Positions 47,636 to 61,357 of a stretch of 64,000 nt of DNA are shown here, piece by piece. A program made the position numbers and the translations under genes. The number at the start of each line of letters is the position of its first letter. The first letter of the stretch is position 1. The stretch lies in the NCBI GenBank assembly GCA_965235115.1, contig OZ249436.1:42472001-42536000 (forward strand), in the 5' to 3' direction. The notes under the pieces were generated by a model that saw only the letters and a program-made list of their open reading frames with translations, had not been told where the DNA came from and did not search any database. This stretch comes from Laetmonice hystrix. Lineage: Eukaryota.

Positions 47636-50230
47636 AAAACCTGAAATTTTAACATAGTGTTGCTCAGGAAGGTAACCTTTGGAGCAAGTTCGACTGCCCC
47701 TTTAATAATATTGATCCTCCCTTTGCCTCGTCTTCTGTCCGGAGGAGGCCCCATGGCGCATTGGTGGGACCACCTGCATCGGCTAAATGCTTTTATATAC
47801 TACTCGCCTAATATCAACGGAAAGACTTCAAGTTAAGAGCCCTTTGTCGATGTGAGAGAGGAAAATTTGGCCTTTACTGTTGGACAATGCACTAACCTTG
47901 CCGGTAGAGCTCGCCTTGGTGTTCTAATCACTACTCGACTTTATTATTGGTAGTGATCAATCGCTCTACCGTTGATTAGGTGGTAACAAGACTGTGGGTA
48001 GAAATATAATATCAGTAAGATAGGCCTAACTGAGAGGATGGAAGATGATCAGCACAGATATGAAAGGAAATAAAGATCTATCTGGGACTATAGACCATAA
48101 AATTGCTTCGCCGTATGGCACGATAATGCCTGGAGCGGCAGGGGAACCGGAAGCGAGCTTCATACCGGTCCCGCCAGATGGCGCCTTGATCTTGAACATT
48201 TCATCTCCATGCTGGCAGCTAACATCAGTAATATTGATAGTCTGATTGGAACTATAGCGTGTGATTTAGTGCATATCCTTGTATCAGCTACTATAGAGTC
48301 GAGACTCTAAATCGGGAGAGTGCGGGGTCCCTTTACTAAACGTTTATTTAGACGTAGATGCTTTGAGCTTATGGGCCCGGAAACCCAACGTGAGTTGGAT
48401 TTAACGTTTCAGATAGCATGTTGGTCATGCGGAAGGGGGATCGAAGGGGCGATCGAAGGGGGGTGCTCAGATTTATATGTCACATTTCTGTGTAATGTAA
48501 TGGCAATTCCATTCATGTGCAATTCTATGTGCTCATCCTGCACGGGTAACTCTGTCCTTGATAGAGGCAGTCTACTTCGGGGTTGTGAAATATGTCGGAC
48601 TTTGACGCATCATGACCCTTTCTATAGATTGACTGCATCCGATTTGCTGTGACCATCGAGAGTAAACTGGTAAGGAACAGAGGAAATGTAGAAAGCAAAA
48701 TATCCGAATGTACTCTCACCATGGGCCTTACCACACCCCGCATATCGGTGCCTTATACATTACATACAATATATTTTGAAGACACCGTGTAGGCCGTAAT
48801 TTCTTTGGTAATATCACAGATCTTCGATAATTTCAGTGCACGCGTGAACCAGAGCGCGCATGTATTTCCCGAGAAAGGTTATATAAAGTGAGAGATGTAT
48901 CGAGTCAATGGTGTCGTATACAAGAGTAATGTACAATCTCTGGCGGCCACATTGCTGGAATGTGTTTGGGATGGCGAAGTAGGTTTGTCCCCAGGCATAT
49001 TGCAAGCACCCACCCCCACCCCAGGACTGTGCCTCGTATAGAGAATGGGCCGCATCGCCTTCAGCCTGTCTCGACATAATCTGGCAGAGATTCGACAGGA
49101 GGTCCAGGAGGTCACTGAAAAGTTCTCCGAATTCCACATAATATATCGAAAAGAATAATTAGAAACTCAGCGATGCATTGGTTGTACCTTGCAATCATAG
49201 AACGGATATTCCAATCACGTGCTAGAGTAGGCAATTATCGTTAAAATATTGAAGGAACGCAATCGCAATTGCTAACTGGCTTCCAAACAGAAAAAGAATC
49301 GTTGATTATCTCTCAAAGCTGTAGTCCGTATTATCTTAAATATGGCTAAGATTTCCTTTTATTAATGCTAAATCAATAGTATTTGATTCGTCTAATTCAT
49401 CGTAGTTAAAGTCTTCTCTATCTACTGTTCACTGAATAGATGGTAGACTATACAAACAATACAGAAAAGTTGCGAGATGACCTGCACATTATACTTTTCT
49501 TGTCTAATTGCTATATCCAACTTCTTCTACAATCAATTGCTCATGTGTCCTCCCCGTCCGCTCCAACCCATCCCCTTCGTCATCTCAAAGACAGTGCGGA
49601 TGTGATTCCATGGACACTCGGTCCTTCGAGATTATTTCCTTCAATAAAATGATGATTTATGCACGCCAGTCTCCGATTGAAGTAGAAATGATCCAACAAG
49701 AAGACCGCACTTTTCTACCATTGGGAGCTGAGCTTGATTCATCTTCCCTAATACGTTCTACCTGTCTAGCATTTTCACTAAATCTACTTTAAGACTCCTA
49801 CATATGAACTCGTGTCGTTGGGGCTATACTGTTGTTTTCTCTGTACAAGCCAGAATTCGATGTGGGCACTACACTTAAACCTGATAAACGAGATGGTGTG
49901 CCTCATACGACTAGACACTTTTGAAATATTTCCAGATTGCTTTATAAATCTATATATAGGATTTATGATTATGGAGCCCACGTAGGAAAATTGTATACAT
50001 CTTGTGTGTAAATCACTCTGACTAGCATACGGTACCCGTTAAAACACAAGATATCCGCTACGATTAAAGGGCGCCTCCGATAGCGGAGATGAGCAAACGG
50101 CCATGGAAAGCACCAGGTAGTATGGGATATACGTTTGATCGCACAACACACACACACAACACACGTAAAGAACACGCGACTCTTGCCTATTTTCCATGCT
50201 TCATGCTTCAAATAATGGACTATATCTTAA

Positions 50231-50741
50231 AGGGGCATGCTATGGAACACGTTTTGGAGGATTTCCGGCAATTATCCAACATGACCGTGTACTAGGGATC
50301 CAAGTAAATAATCCTACCACAGCATTTTGTCCTCCAACGTGTTTTCGCTGCGTATGCAGCACAAGTAGGTTCTATACGACCAAACGCATAGATTTCTCCC
50401 GATAGCACATCTCCTGCCATAATTTGGTAGACAATCCCCCATTAACCCGTGTAATTGCATACTGCGTCACATCCTGCGTGTGCACTCTCTGCATGTGCTT
50501 CGCTTAGTTGTAAACAATTCAGATCGTCCGGCATCAGAATGCCACCCAAAAAACTATTTTACGAAATCGGCAGAGAAGCGGGCAAGGGAGCTTCATAAAC
50601 TTCGATTTCTCACGCAAAATGAAACTGATAAGTCTGTTTTTGTTTACCAAGTAATTTTAATGAAGGATCTCTTTATGAAAACAGCAAAAGTTCTTTGAAA
50701 TACATGTACCGATTTTTCACGTTTTCTCATAATATGCCCCT
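50231..50741. mobile_element. Kolobok-like TTAA MITE
   Basis: TTAA|AGGGGCATGCTATG ... CATAATATGCCCCT|TTAA. Confidence 0.78.
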
Positions 50742-51633
50742 TTAAGAACATGAGACATTTTGATACTAATTTTGCGTATAATTGAGTTCTAAGTCTTTTC
50801 ATGGTTGTATACGACCTTGCTCAAACTTAGTTCTGAATTATGACAATGTCCAGAGCAAGTTCGCTTATTTAAACAAACACAAAAATCGGCCGAGTCCCAT
50901 TTTATTACAGAGTGGGTCTTGTATAGCATTGTACCTTCGGAAGGGAGACGAAGAAGAGATAAATTATGAAAAATATAGAATCAAAGTTAGATACGTACAT
51001 AAATAATTAAAATATAATGCAGTCTATATCACTTTTTAAAATAAGCGCTATGGAGTACAGGTTATGTTTCCCTGGTTTCTATCCGTTTTGATTTAAGATT
51101 GTGTATAGCTTTAGGTTACTGTATCTGTCACTATCGGGTTTATAGGCCTGGCTCAGGAACTTGAAAGGAATTAATTCTGGCGCCCTAATTAATTGACTGA
51201 GCAGAAACCCATAGGAAATCAAATTATGTTGATATATTGCTGAGATACTGTGCATTTGATTCTAAATGGTTTACAAAGGTTGGCGTTATATTTCACGTCT
51301 TTCCTTCCTGAATACGTCAGTGAAAAGCTGGCGGGGAATTGATAGTGATTAAGGCGCGGTCTGGCCGAGAGAGCACCCCCAACCGACCACTTTCGTCTAT
51401 TGCAAAATGCCACTTTACATATTAGTCTTCCTATTTATGCGTTTGCAGGCAGATTACACCGGAGTATAATCGTATATTGAGTGTGACCAACCCGTAGCCG
51501 CATTTTACTGTTTTGATCATCCGTTCTAGTAGGCATTTAATCTTTTTTACAGCCACGTCTATGCACTGATTCTCAAACCGAGTGCACTTAGCGGAGCATA
51601 TGAGGAGCACTGCGGACCAAGCATTGGACCCTG

Positions 51634-51714
51634 TAACATCAGGAACCACGGTGTTTTAAATAACATCAGGAACCACGGTGTTTTAAATAACATCAGGAAC
51701 CACGGTGTTTTAAA
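51634..51714. repeat. Perfect 27-bp tandem repeat x3
   Basis: TAACATCAGGAACCACGGTGTTTTAAA three times. Confidence 0.97.
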
Positions 51715-52375
51715 TATATTACAGCTCGTAGAATCCAAGTAGTATACTGAAAGATTACTTGGGTTAAGAACAACCCAAATTGGGTTAAATTTTTAAAAAG
51801 TGCTGGGTCAGCCGGTGAACTACCTAAACAGGAGTAAAACTAACCCAAATTTTGGGGGTTTTGAAATCTCACACAAAAATTGGTTGAACTTTTAACTAAA
51901 CCACCTGCATGGTAAATATTAATAAATTTGGGGTTACTTTTAACCCAATGTGATGGGTTAACTGGGTGTTGGGTTACGGTTTTCAACCTCTGAATAGGTT
52001 GCCATTTTCATATAGCCATTGCGTTTAGGATCCCCCCAAAATAAAATATTTCAGGTATTCATATAGAATCCCATGACTGCGACCAGACTCCTTGTCGGGT
52101 AGGAGGGTCTCGACTTCGACTCCAACACATACCAAACATGTCTGATATCCCTGACTCGTTCTGACAGCAGGGACAGAATCGGTCGGATGGCTGGGGTTGG
52201 CTCCCCGTCATTAACCCCTCGCATACCACCTATAATAGTGACCCGACGCGGTCTAGTCGGTCGGTGTACGCCCGCCTCATAGGTAAACGCACCAATTGCG
52301 TAAATTTGAAATTCTTCGAAAATAAAAGCAACTTCAATTTCAAGTAGATATCTTTGTTATAGTAACATGACTAAT

Positions 52376-52715
52376 CACTGGGGGATCCAGGGTGCCAGGG
52401 GGCCCGGGCGCCCCCCTTAAATTTTCCTCCTTTCCCCTCTTTTTATGAAGATGCATTATTCGGACCCTGAAACCAGGATTCCAACAAAATTCTTTTAAAA
52501 AGCCTCCTATATTGTACGTGCATGATAGTAACATCGGACCCAAAAGGGCCTCCTCAGTCGTCCAGCATGCAGATAACTCTGGGCCATGCAGCATTGAAAT
52601 AGACCAAAAGGGGGCGACAATGGTCCCTATCACAATCAAATAATGCCGAGCGTAGCGAGGCTACAATTTTTTTAGGTGCCCCCCCCCCCCTTATCAAAAT
52701 CCTGGATCCCCACTG
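52376..52715. mobile_element. Inverted copy of the 5673-6016 MITE
   Basis: CACTGGGGGATCCAGG ... CCTGGATCCCCACTG; internal sequence is the reverse complement of 5673-6016 (both give the spurious ORF KEFCWN.GFRVRIM). Confidence 0.9.
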
Positions 52716-54743
52716 CTATGGAAAGCGAGACTGTAGGTTATTATAGTTGACACGGATGGTAAATGAATGGATGGAAAGCCCTGGTGACTACGGTGACCAT
52801 TTAACATGATTAAGTGAATCATGAGAGTATCCAACAAATAGGGTTGATTATAACATATAGGTCCTGTCATCAATATGCCGTTAACTTATACCCCGTCTGT
52901 ATTGTAACATGATTAATTAATCTGCGCCAGTTTTTACCGTAACCCGATCATTATTTCTAGCCTAATACGCTGCGCAAAGAGTTATTGTATCGGCGATGTT
53001 AGCAATCTGAGTAGGCCCAACCTGAGGTCATGCTTTTCCTGGATTATGGAGAAGGTGAAGAAACTTTGTGTGGATCTAATTCACAGAGAAGGGAGTCGCG
53101 TTTTAGCGTAGATATGCTATTCTTAAGCTCATGCGCATTATAGTCATATTATCCGAATTTGGCCGCAAATTTTGCAGGGAAATATACACAAAATGAAGTA
53201 ATTGGTGTCAACATTCTATAATTAGGCCTAAGGACTCATACAAATCCGTTTTAAGAATGCGATTTTATTTTTTATTTATTTATTTATTTTTATTTTGCAA
53301 GTTTACCGTCACTTTGAGCGCAGAATCGCAAGAAAATATATTTATGAAGTCAAAACTCGGAGAACGGGAATGGTGTCGTAGGCAACATTTTATTTATATA
53401 GTATAACCCGTCGATCTCCCCATGCAATGGGGGACTCTACAAACATCATTATAATACGGTAAATGATAAATCCATATAACGTGTAACTGATATGTAACAT
53501 ATAACATAACAATACCATAGTAATATAATACCATAACTGATAATACATTATACATAGTCCAAAATTACATGGATATAAGTATAGTCGCCTTATTAGGTGG
53601 AGACAATGTCCTGGAACCCTAATACCGTCCCCCACCCACTCAAACCGAGAAAAGAACTCGGGCAGCCATGCTGACCCCGAGCAACCAGCCCTAGCCAAAC
53701 CCAGTAGGTCTAGATCTACATAAAAACATAAGTGACCCCGGCCAAAGGCGTTGAGACAGAATATCCCCCAAGTCAACATGAAAGCATGGAGGAGTCGGGC
53801 CGGAGGTGGGCTGTCTGATCGCCACGATGCTTCCAAAGGTAGAGAACTCGACTCTGTCTGCTCGGTTGTATTTATACCCTCCGGATCGTCTCCCAAGTCT
53901 CCTCCGTCACTTGCATCTGAAACCGCGGGAGAGGTGGGAACTTAAGACGGCGGTTAAAGGGATTACAGCTATTGTTTACATTTCATTGACAATACATAAT
54001 ATTAGTGCAAGTACCTAATCGCATATACCTACAACACAAACCCTCGTTTCTCCTTCATAAAGGATCCCAGCGTGTTGGCGCCGAGCTCTGATTTATGCTG
54101 AATAACGTTATTCTATACTGTTATAAATACGTTAATGGCAATGAAATATTGCGTGTCAAGGCCGTTATGAAGCACACATCAGCTCAGGTAAATAAAGGTG
54201 TGTAACACAAACTTAAAAATGATTGTGTGTCCTTCATTGTGCAGTGTTCACGGCCATGAAGGGAGAAAAAAAATAACAATAATGCTAAAGGGACATTTGA
54301 TCGTTCTATCGAACATTGGTGGAATTAATTTAAAACATTGTATTTGCTCCTCTCTGCATTCAACATGCGTTTTGATTAAGTATGGCATTAACAATAATAT
54401 TATTACTTATTCATATTCATGTCTGTCAATTGCTTATTTATGCTACAAGTTGGTCTACAAAATATCGTTTTATTCCAAACGATAACAACAAATGTCCTGT
54501 ATATTTTCAGGGGCGTTTATCGTGTCGAAACGAGCTCCATGGCGTCGGACTGAGTGTACTGCTGTCAGTGTTGGGTGACAATTTGAAGAGTAGACGTGAC
54601 ATTTGGCCGTGCCAAGCCCACATCGCATTGGGAGCATACAATCTGTCGGTGATAACTATACGGACCGGTCGTATAGACAAATATACACAGACGAAAACCA
54701 ACGAACAACCACACCAACGTGACCGTCAACCCAGGCTACAATC

Positions 54744-54807
54744 ATGGCTCCTTGGCAGCAGATATTCGTGGAGGCATCATTCGTGTTGGCAGTGATTCTA
54801 CACACAG
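54744..54807 (+). CDS. Candidate first coding exon encoding a signal-peptide-like sequence MAPWQQIFVEASFVLAVILHT
   Basis: Kozak atcATGG, hydrophobic core, phase-1 donor CAG|GTAGGT, upstream acceptor ATTTTCAG near 54510. Confidence 0.4.
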
Positions 54808-54842
54808 GTAGGTCCAATAATTGGGGAGTGGTTCCATGCATC

Positions 54843-54870
54843 TCAATCAATCAATCAATCAATCAATCAA
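54843..54870. repeat. (TCAA)7 microsatellite
   Basis: Directly visible. Confidence 0.95.
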
Positions 54871-56393
54871 GAACTATTTAATTTTGCGATGAAGAAGGGC
54901 AGTTGCGCGTAACCTAAAAGCTCAATGTCCCATGAGGCATTTTCGACTTGTCAAAAGTGATCATTTTGAAGATTGATAGGCGGATATATATTTCCAAACA
55001 ATTTTTGTCGCGGCGTCCTGTCTTTGTGAAGTGACGACGACTTTTTTTTGAGGCACACCCTTCTTAAAGTTATTAAACATAAGACACAACGTGTTATTCA
55101 TTTATCTAGACCCAGGAACACCGAATGGTATTTTAATGTGGACGCAATATGGTAAATCTTTGACCTCTTCAAGGTCAACACTTGACCATTTTATTATTGA
55201 CCTTATCCCGGGAGGTGTGACATTTTTTAAATATGACTTTGGAACTACGCGACCATGTTGCTGCGATCGAGTTGCTGTGACAAAAATTGGCTTATAGTCT
55301 TTATACTGTTGCAAATATTCTCTTTCAAATGTTTTTACGTTGCCTTTAAAGGGGTATTGTGGCAAATGTGACGATCCTCCGTTGTGGAAAAAATGCTCTG
55401 CGCCTGCCCCCACCTCCACACCACGACCCTCTATATATAACACACAATCTCCCATCAGATGACCAGTTGTTTTCGAGTAATTGGTTTAACACTGAGTGTC
55501 ACAATGAATAATACGTTGACGTATAGATTAGAACTTTCGGCCCTTGTATCGGCATAAAGGGGTGCTTTATGAGTAGGCAATATTGTCTGGGTTATGAGCG
55601 TTGTGCGATGCAATATTCCGTCTTCGCCCAGAGAGATCCCCTCAACAGATTGCCCCAACACAGGTCACTTATGGCCCTTTCTCGACTACCCATTATGCAA
55701 TATCTTTACGGCATACCTTTGACTTTGTCCGACAAAGAATTCCCTGGGTGCCTCCTCTAATGGAGCATATCATATGTGACAATCACAATCTACAGAGAAG
55801 AAGACCAAATGCACAACTCTTATTCTAACAGAATTTAGGGCTTGAAAGCATCAGTAAATCTGACTGAGCATTAGAGTACCCATTTGTCTTTATATGACAA
55901 TTATTATAATGAGTACCACTTGGTTTTTCTAACGACTTACTCCATATTGTCCAATCAGGGATTATGGAGGCCAACTACTCACTGTTAGGTCGAGGCACTC
56001 TTTGTGAAGATCCGCCTGGGGTTGGCTGTTATAACCTGTCAAATACTGAGGTTCGATATCCTGTAGTCATAAGTCAGTCAGAACCTATACTTTGAAGTCA
56101 TGCATCGGGACTATGATGCTTGATGAACTGTCCCAAAATGTTGCCATCAAGTAATTATGTTATTTCCTTCAACATGGTCAACTGATATGTGTAAAAACCT
56201 AAGCAGTATACAAAGCAGGAATATATTACATGTATCATAAAGTACACTGTCCCGTTGCATAGCAACCCTTAACGTGACATCCTCCCCTAAAACATGACGA
56301 GGGATGATTTCCTGACCTCTTCACATACAAAGGATATGTGAAGCAATTACCGACTGATGGTTGCTACAGTGGTCGTTAATGTGTTCGCTCCCG

Positions 56394-57245
56394 TAACGTT
56401 CCGTTACAGGCTACAGGTTGCCAAAGCCGTCGTTCTCAGACACAACGTTACGTTACAGGCTGAAGGTTGCCACGGCTGTCGTACGTTACAGGCTGAAGGT
56501 AGCCACGGCCGTCGTTCTCAGACACAACGTTACGTTACAGGCTACAGGTTGCCACGGCTGTCGTTCTCAGACACAACGTTACGTTACAGGCTACAGGTTG
56601 CCACGGCTGTCGTTCTCAGACACAACGTTACGTTACAGGCTGAAGGTTGCCACGGCTGTCGTTCTCAGACACAACGTTCCGTTACAGGCTGAAGGTTGCC
56701 ACGGCTGTCGTACGTTACAGGCTGAAGGTTGCCACGGCTGTCGTTCTCAGACACAACGTTCCGTTATAGGCTGAAGGTTGCCACGGCTGTCGTTCTCAGA
56801 CACAACGTTCTGTTACAGACTGAAGGTTGCCACGACTGTCGTTCTGAGACACAACGTTACGTTACAGGCAGAAGGTTGCCACGGCTGTCGTACGTTACAG
56901 GCTGAAGGTTGCCACGGCTCTCGTTCTCAGACACAACGTTACGTTAAAGGCCGAAGGTTGCCACGGCTGTCGTTCTCAGACACAACGTTACGTTACAGGC
57001 TGAAGGTTGCCACGACTGTCGTTCTCAGACACAACGTTACGTTACAGGCTGAAGGTTCCACGGCTGTCGTTCTCAGACACAACGTTACGTTACAGGCTGA
57101 AGGTTGCCACGGCTGTCGTTCTCAGACACAACGTTACGTTACAGGCTGAAGGTTGCCACGGCTGTCGTTCTCAGACACAACGTTACGTTACAGGCTACAG
57201 GTCGCCACGGCTGTCGTTCTCAGACACAACGTTCCGTTATAGGCT
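56394..57245. repeat. 49-bp minisatellite with interspersed 33-bp deletion variants, ~18 units
   Basis: Consensus GTTACAGGCTGAAGGTTGCCACGGCTGTCGTTCTCAGACACAACGTTAC. Confidence 0.97.
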
Positions 57246-60200
57246 TCATGGTCGCATACGACCATGACGTAGCCACCATAGGGCGTACCCGGCGTACGCC
57301 CCCCCCCCCCGGTTTGGCTTCTTCTTCTTTTTTTTTTGCTTGCCAGCATTGTTGAAGACCTTTCGGTAAAAGCCTTTGTTCATGCTTCCTTTGAGCAAGT
57401 AATAAAATAACGAGATCTACTGGACTGGCTTGGATGGAATACAGATTTATATGTGCCTAGTGTATTTTTCATAGAATGCTTCCATTGCTCAGTTTCAAAC
57501 ATTTCCTCAACGCTCTTAGTGCCTTTTAAATCTCTGAGGGATGTGGCCCCTGAGGCCCAAGTAAGCTTCGGGTTCACAGATGACGTATGCTTTGATCGTA
57601 AAGTTAAACTATCACCAGTGTTAAGAGGCTAGATTTTTACACGCCAGTAGAACTAGTACCTTACGCGACCCTTTCTGAAAGGAAATTAGATGGCTGTCCC
57701 TATTTACATCAGGCGTAAGTAACAACTTATATCTGTTTCATCTGCCGTCATATGGCGTAGAGTTTGCCCGCCTCCCAGACGCCGAATCGCACGGCTTGCT
57801 ATCATAAAGCCCTGATGGAAGACGACTAAGGATTTGATTTAAATACAAAGATAACATCACCTCATTTGCCTTCCGTCAAAATTATTCTTCCTAAGTGTGC
57901 GTTATATCAAAACATAATAGTCCCGAGGAAGGAATCGGGCGACAGAGACGCTTGAAAGATTTACAACATGAGGTCAGGAATGGCGGTTATTACAGACATT
58001 GTCTTGAGGCCGTGTAATTGGCCTATATATCACGATATATGCCTATACATGTATGAGGCCAACTGCTATAAGTGCACACTTGTAAGAAAGGCATTACTGA
58101 TAGAGGCACACAAAAGGAATGAATTTGATATTAGAGCGCATGCCCAAGGACGACTGACCAAAGTGGCAATAATAGCCAGACGAAGACGTCACTGATCGTG
58201 CCGTGCCGTCATTAATCTTATTGACCTTGGTGCATCCATGGGGATGATGCATATATATAAGACGGTAGGGTCAAATTTACCGGCAGTCTGTTTACCGTCT
58301 CATGGCCAACCAATTATTTGTCACATGCTGCCTACCTCTACCTCGGTTCCTTTGGTCGCCAGTGACCCGGAGAAGTCACTGCCAGAGTCAGGAGACATAA
58401 CGAACGCATGAAGATATTTTTAAAGGTGAGGGTGCATGCACGGCAAATGTTTCACTGAATAGTACAATGGTCAGTTTGACTTTATCTTACCTCTGGAAGG
58501 TCTGACCTTTATGTGCCCTTGAAAAATTTACTGAGGGACCACGTCCCCCTCTGGGTTCCAATGTCCCGTGGTGTACATATTGTGTGCCCCATCAATCAGT
58601 TTATGGAGGTTCGTTCTGTGGAATGTGCTAACCCTCCACCATGGCACGGTTCTCAAGCAGGACGAAACCCGGACTCAGACCAAATTAATCATGATTCTTA
58701 ACAAATAAGATTAAATGCATTAATTCCATACGCGTCAATTGATGATCAGTCATCCATGTATCTGATAGACTTGGATATGGGACTTTAATCCCATTGAAAA
58801 TCAAACTTCCAGAAGTGTTACTGATTTATGCCATCTTATCCGAAGGAAAAAATTAATGAAATGCATAATTTAAGATACTGACAGCGAATTATCAGACGAA
58901 CGGCGATGGCTAGTATTATCAACTTTACTTCATAACTATAGAGCCTATGGTATATATGTACGAACGACCGTCGAACGCCATCAAGAACTAACTCAATCTG
59001 TTCGCTATACATCCGCCAGGTCTCCCAATCTCCATGCGGTTGTAAATCTTATCCATTTTTCAGTGGCAGACCTTTTGTATTGAGGTTGCGGCCTTTGTCA
59101 TATGGTGCCCTTCAGAAATGGGCAGGGGCGCCAGTCTGTTGACTTCATAACCGTTAAGGCCACAGACAGGTTTGTCAAGCGCAAGTGCCATTTGAGATAC
59201 CTTGTTGGTAGTGCATGGCGAAGGTCTAATGGCGAGAGAAACTAAATAAACATAGAGTTCTATATGATCTATCCCAGAGACGGGAGGGCAGTCTGTGTTC
59301 AAGTTCGATGACACGAGAACTTATGGTGAAACGTTTACTACATTACATGCATAGATGTAATACACACGTACATTTGCAAGTCAAAGCATCTCGGTGGATT
59401 AAAAAAAACGCTGGTAGGGCCTACAGTGCGGGAGTAATGGATTTATAAATCGGTGACGTGTCATAAATAAAGTATTTTGGAAAGCCTATATGTAGAAACA
59501 AACTGCTGCAGTTTGTCATTAGCCAGTACATGTATATACATATAGTTTTTTCTTTGCGAATTGATTTATACTGAGCATGTCAACAGAAAACGAAATTCAG
59601 GAAATGGAAACACCCTAGGCCACACAAGTCATTTCCTGTCAGACGGTATGTATATATGTCTATGTGTTATTCAGTGTTTGGTTACTGACTTTCAGGATTT
59701 CGGCGCCACATTTGAAAGTATGAAGCTCTTTAAGATTGAGCTAGACGAAAGAGGAAGTATGAAATCTACTGCATTCACGTGTTTGATAATATAGAAATTC
59801 ATCAGTGTTTGTTACTGAGAAATTTATGTCAACTTCAACGAAGTGAAGTTGGTTTGTGTGTATACGTCTAAATTTTTTCTTGGGATTTTTATTTTTATTT
59901 TCAAAGAGTGGACTGCCGTAATTATTTTTTTTCCAATCCTCATGGTAAAATTTTATTTATTTCATGATACTAATAACACATTGTTTATTTCGGGTATGGC
60001 CAGGGGGAATTTATTTATTTCCAAAAACACCCAGCCCCCCTAAATATCTAATGGTCGTCCCCTTAAATCTCAATGAGAACTGCTTCGCGGCTGGTTAATA
60101 AAAGAATCGATGATGGCCACTGGTTATAACCACAAGCCTATTGTCCATGACGTTGTCAGGTCCACGCCAGATTTCCGGTCCCAAACAGGTAATTTAGGAT

Positions 60201-60756
60201 AGAACAAAATTACTGCCCCCCCCCCCCACCCAATTCCTTGTGTTGAATGTAAATCAGTCAAATATGCTCATCCGGTAACCCGGTTCTAGCTGTCTGTCGT
60301 CACTGACCCGGGGACATCGTGTCGCCACATCTCGTATGGGTCAAACAACTTTCAACAACCAATCATCTGTCTTCTTTCATTCACTGCAAACTTGCCTTAG
60401 CGACTCACAGAGTATCTTGAGTTGTGAAGGGGCATCGCGCATCGTGGGAATCACTAAAAGCGGTTCAACCCCGAGCGTGGAAGGATGCTCGCAGAGTGTA
60501 GTGGGGCCGCAATTTGTTTTGATTTAAGATCTGGCCGCGCTTGTAAGAACTGTCCTGATTGGTCGCAAGGTTGTCGGTGATTGGTTAAATACGAGTTTTG
60601 CTCCGGGTTATGCCAGGGCGTATACGTAAGCACGCAAACGTTACGCACTGACCACAGGGTGAATATGCTATGCTTTATCACAAATGTGTGTCTAATTGAC
60701 ATGCCCCGACACATAATAATGTTTACATGCCGTGTGTATGGGGTAGCTCAGTCCTG

Positions 60757-61180
60757 GGTCGGGGCCCATAAATTTTTGCCTAAAAATTGACGTAGCATTG
60801 ACGTAAGAAGTAGAATGCTACTTCTTATACCGATTTGACGTAGGTCCGCCTCCGTCCAAGTGGAGAGCCGTGGGTCGGGACTTTTCTTTGGCGTGATGTG
60901 GGCCTTTATTTCAACGCAACATCAATTTTTATTAAAACTTTAATGGGACCACATAGAGTATGTTCCTCGTGCCACCATGAAACTTCATATATGTTGATGT
61001 AACATTATAAAATACATTAATTCAAAGTTTCGTATATTAATTCTTATTTTTGGAAGTTACGCAGGCAGGCTCCACCTGCGTAGAAATAAGCCCCTTGCGT
61101 CAGACATGTCGGTTACTTCTATTTGACATAAGTGATTATGGGCTATCTAAATTCTGACGTAACATTTATGGGCCCCGACC
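60757..61180. mobile_element. Harbinger-like MITE in a CWG target
   Basis: CCTG|GGTCGGGGCCCATAAAT ... ATTTATGGGCCCCGACC|CAGG; internal TTGACGTA repeats. Confidence 0.85.
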
Positions 61181-61357
61181 CAGGTCAGCGAACGCCAGCT
61201 TTTAGACGATGTGCTAACTGGGGAGTAATGCTATTTAGAAATATTTAAAATATAGGATACAGTCGCCATGCCTGCACACACATTTATGGACACATAGTGC
61301 TTCTATTTTTAGTAGGTTTATTCTTACCGTATCCGTGTCCGTGTCCGTATCCGTGTC

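Noticed and set aside
48814..49139. Minus-strand ORFs of 86-107 aa
   Set aside because: No recognisable homology and no convincing splice boundaries.
56357..57355. Repetitive ORFs containing CHGC (CxxC-like) motifs
   Set aside because: They are translations of the 49-bp minisatellite; the unit length is not a multiple of 3.
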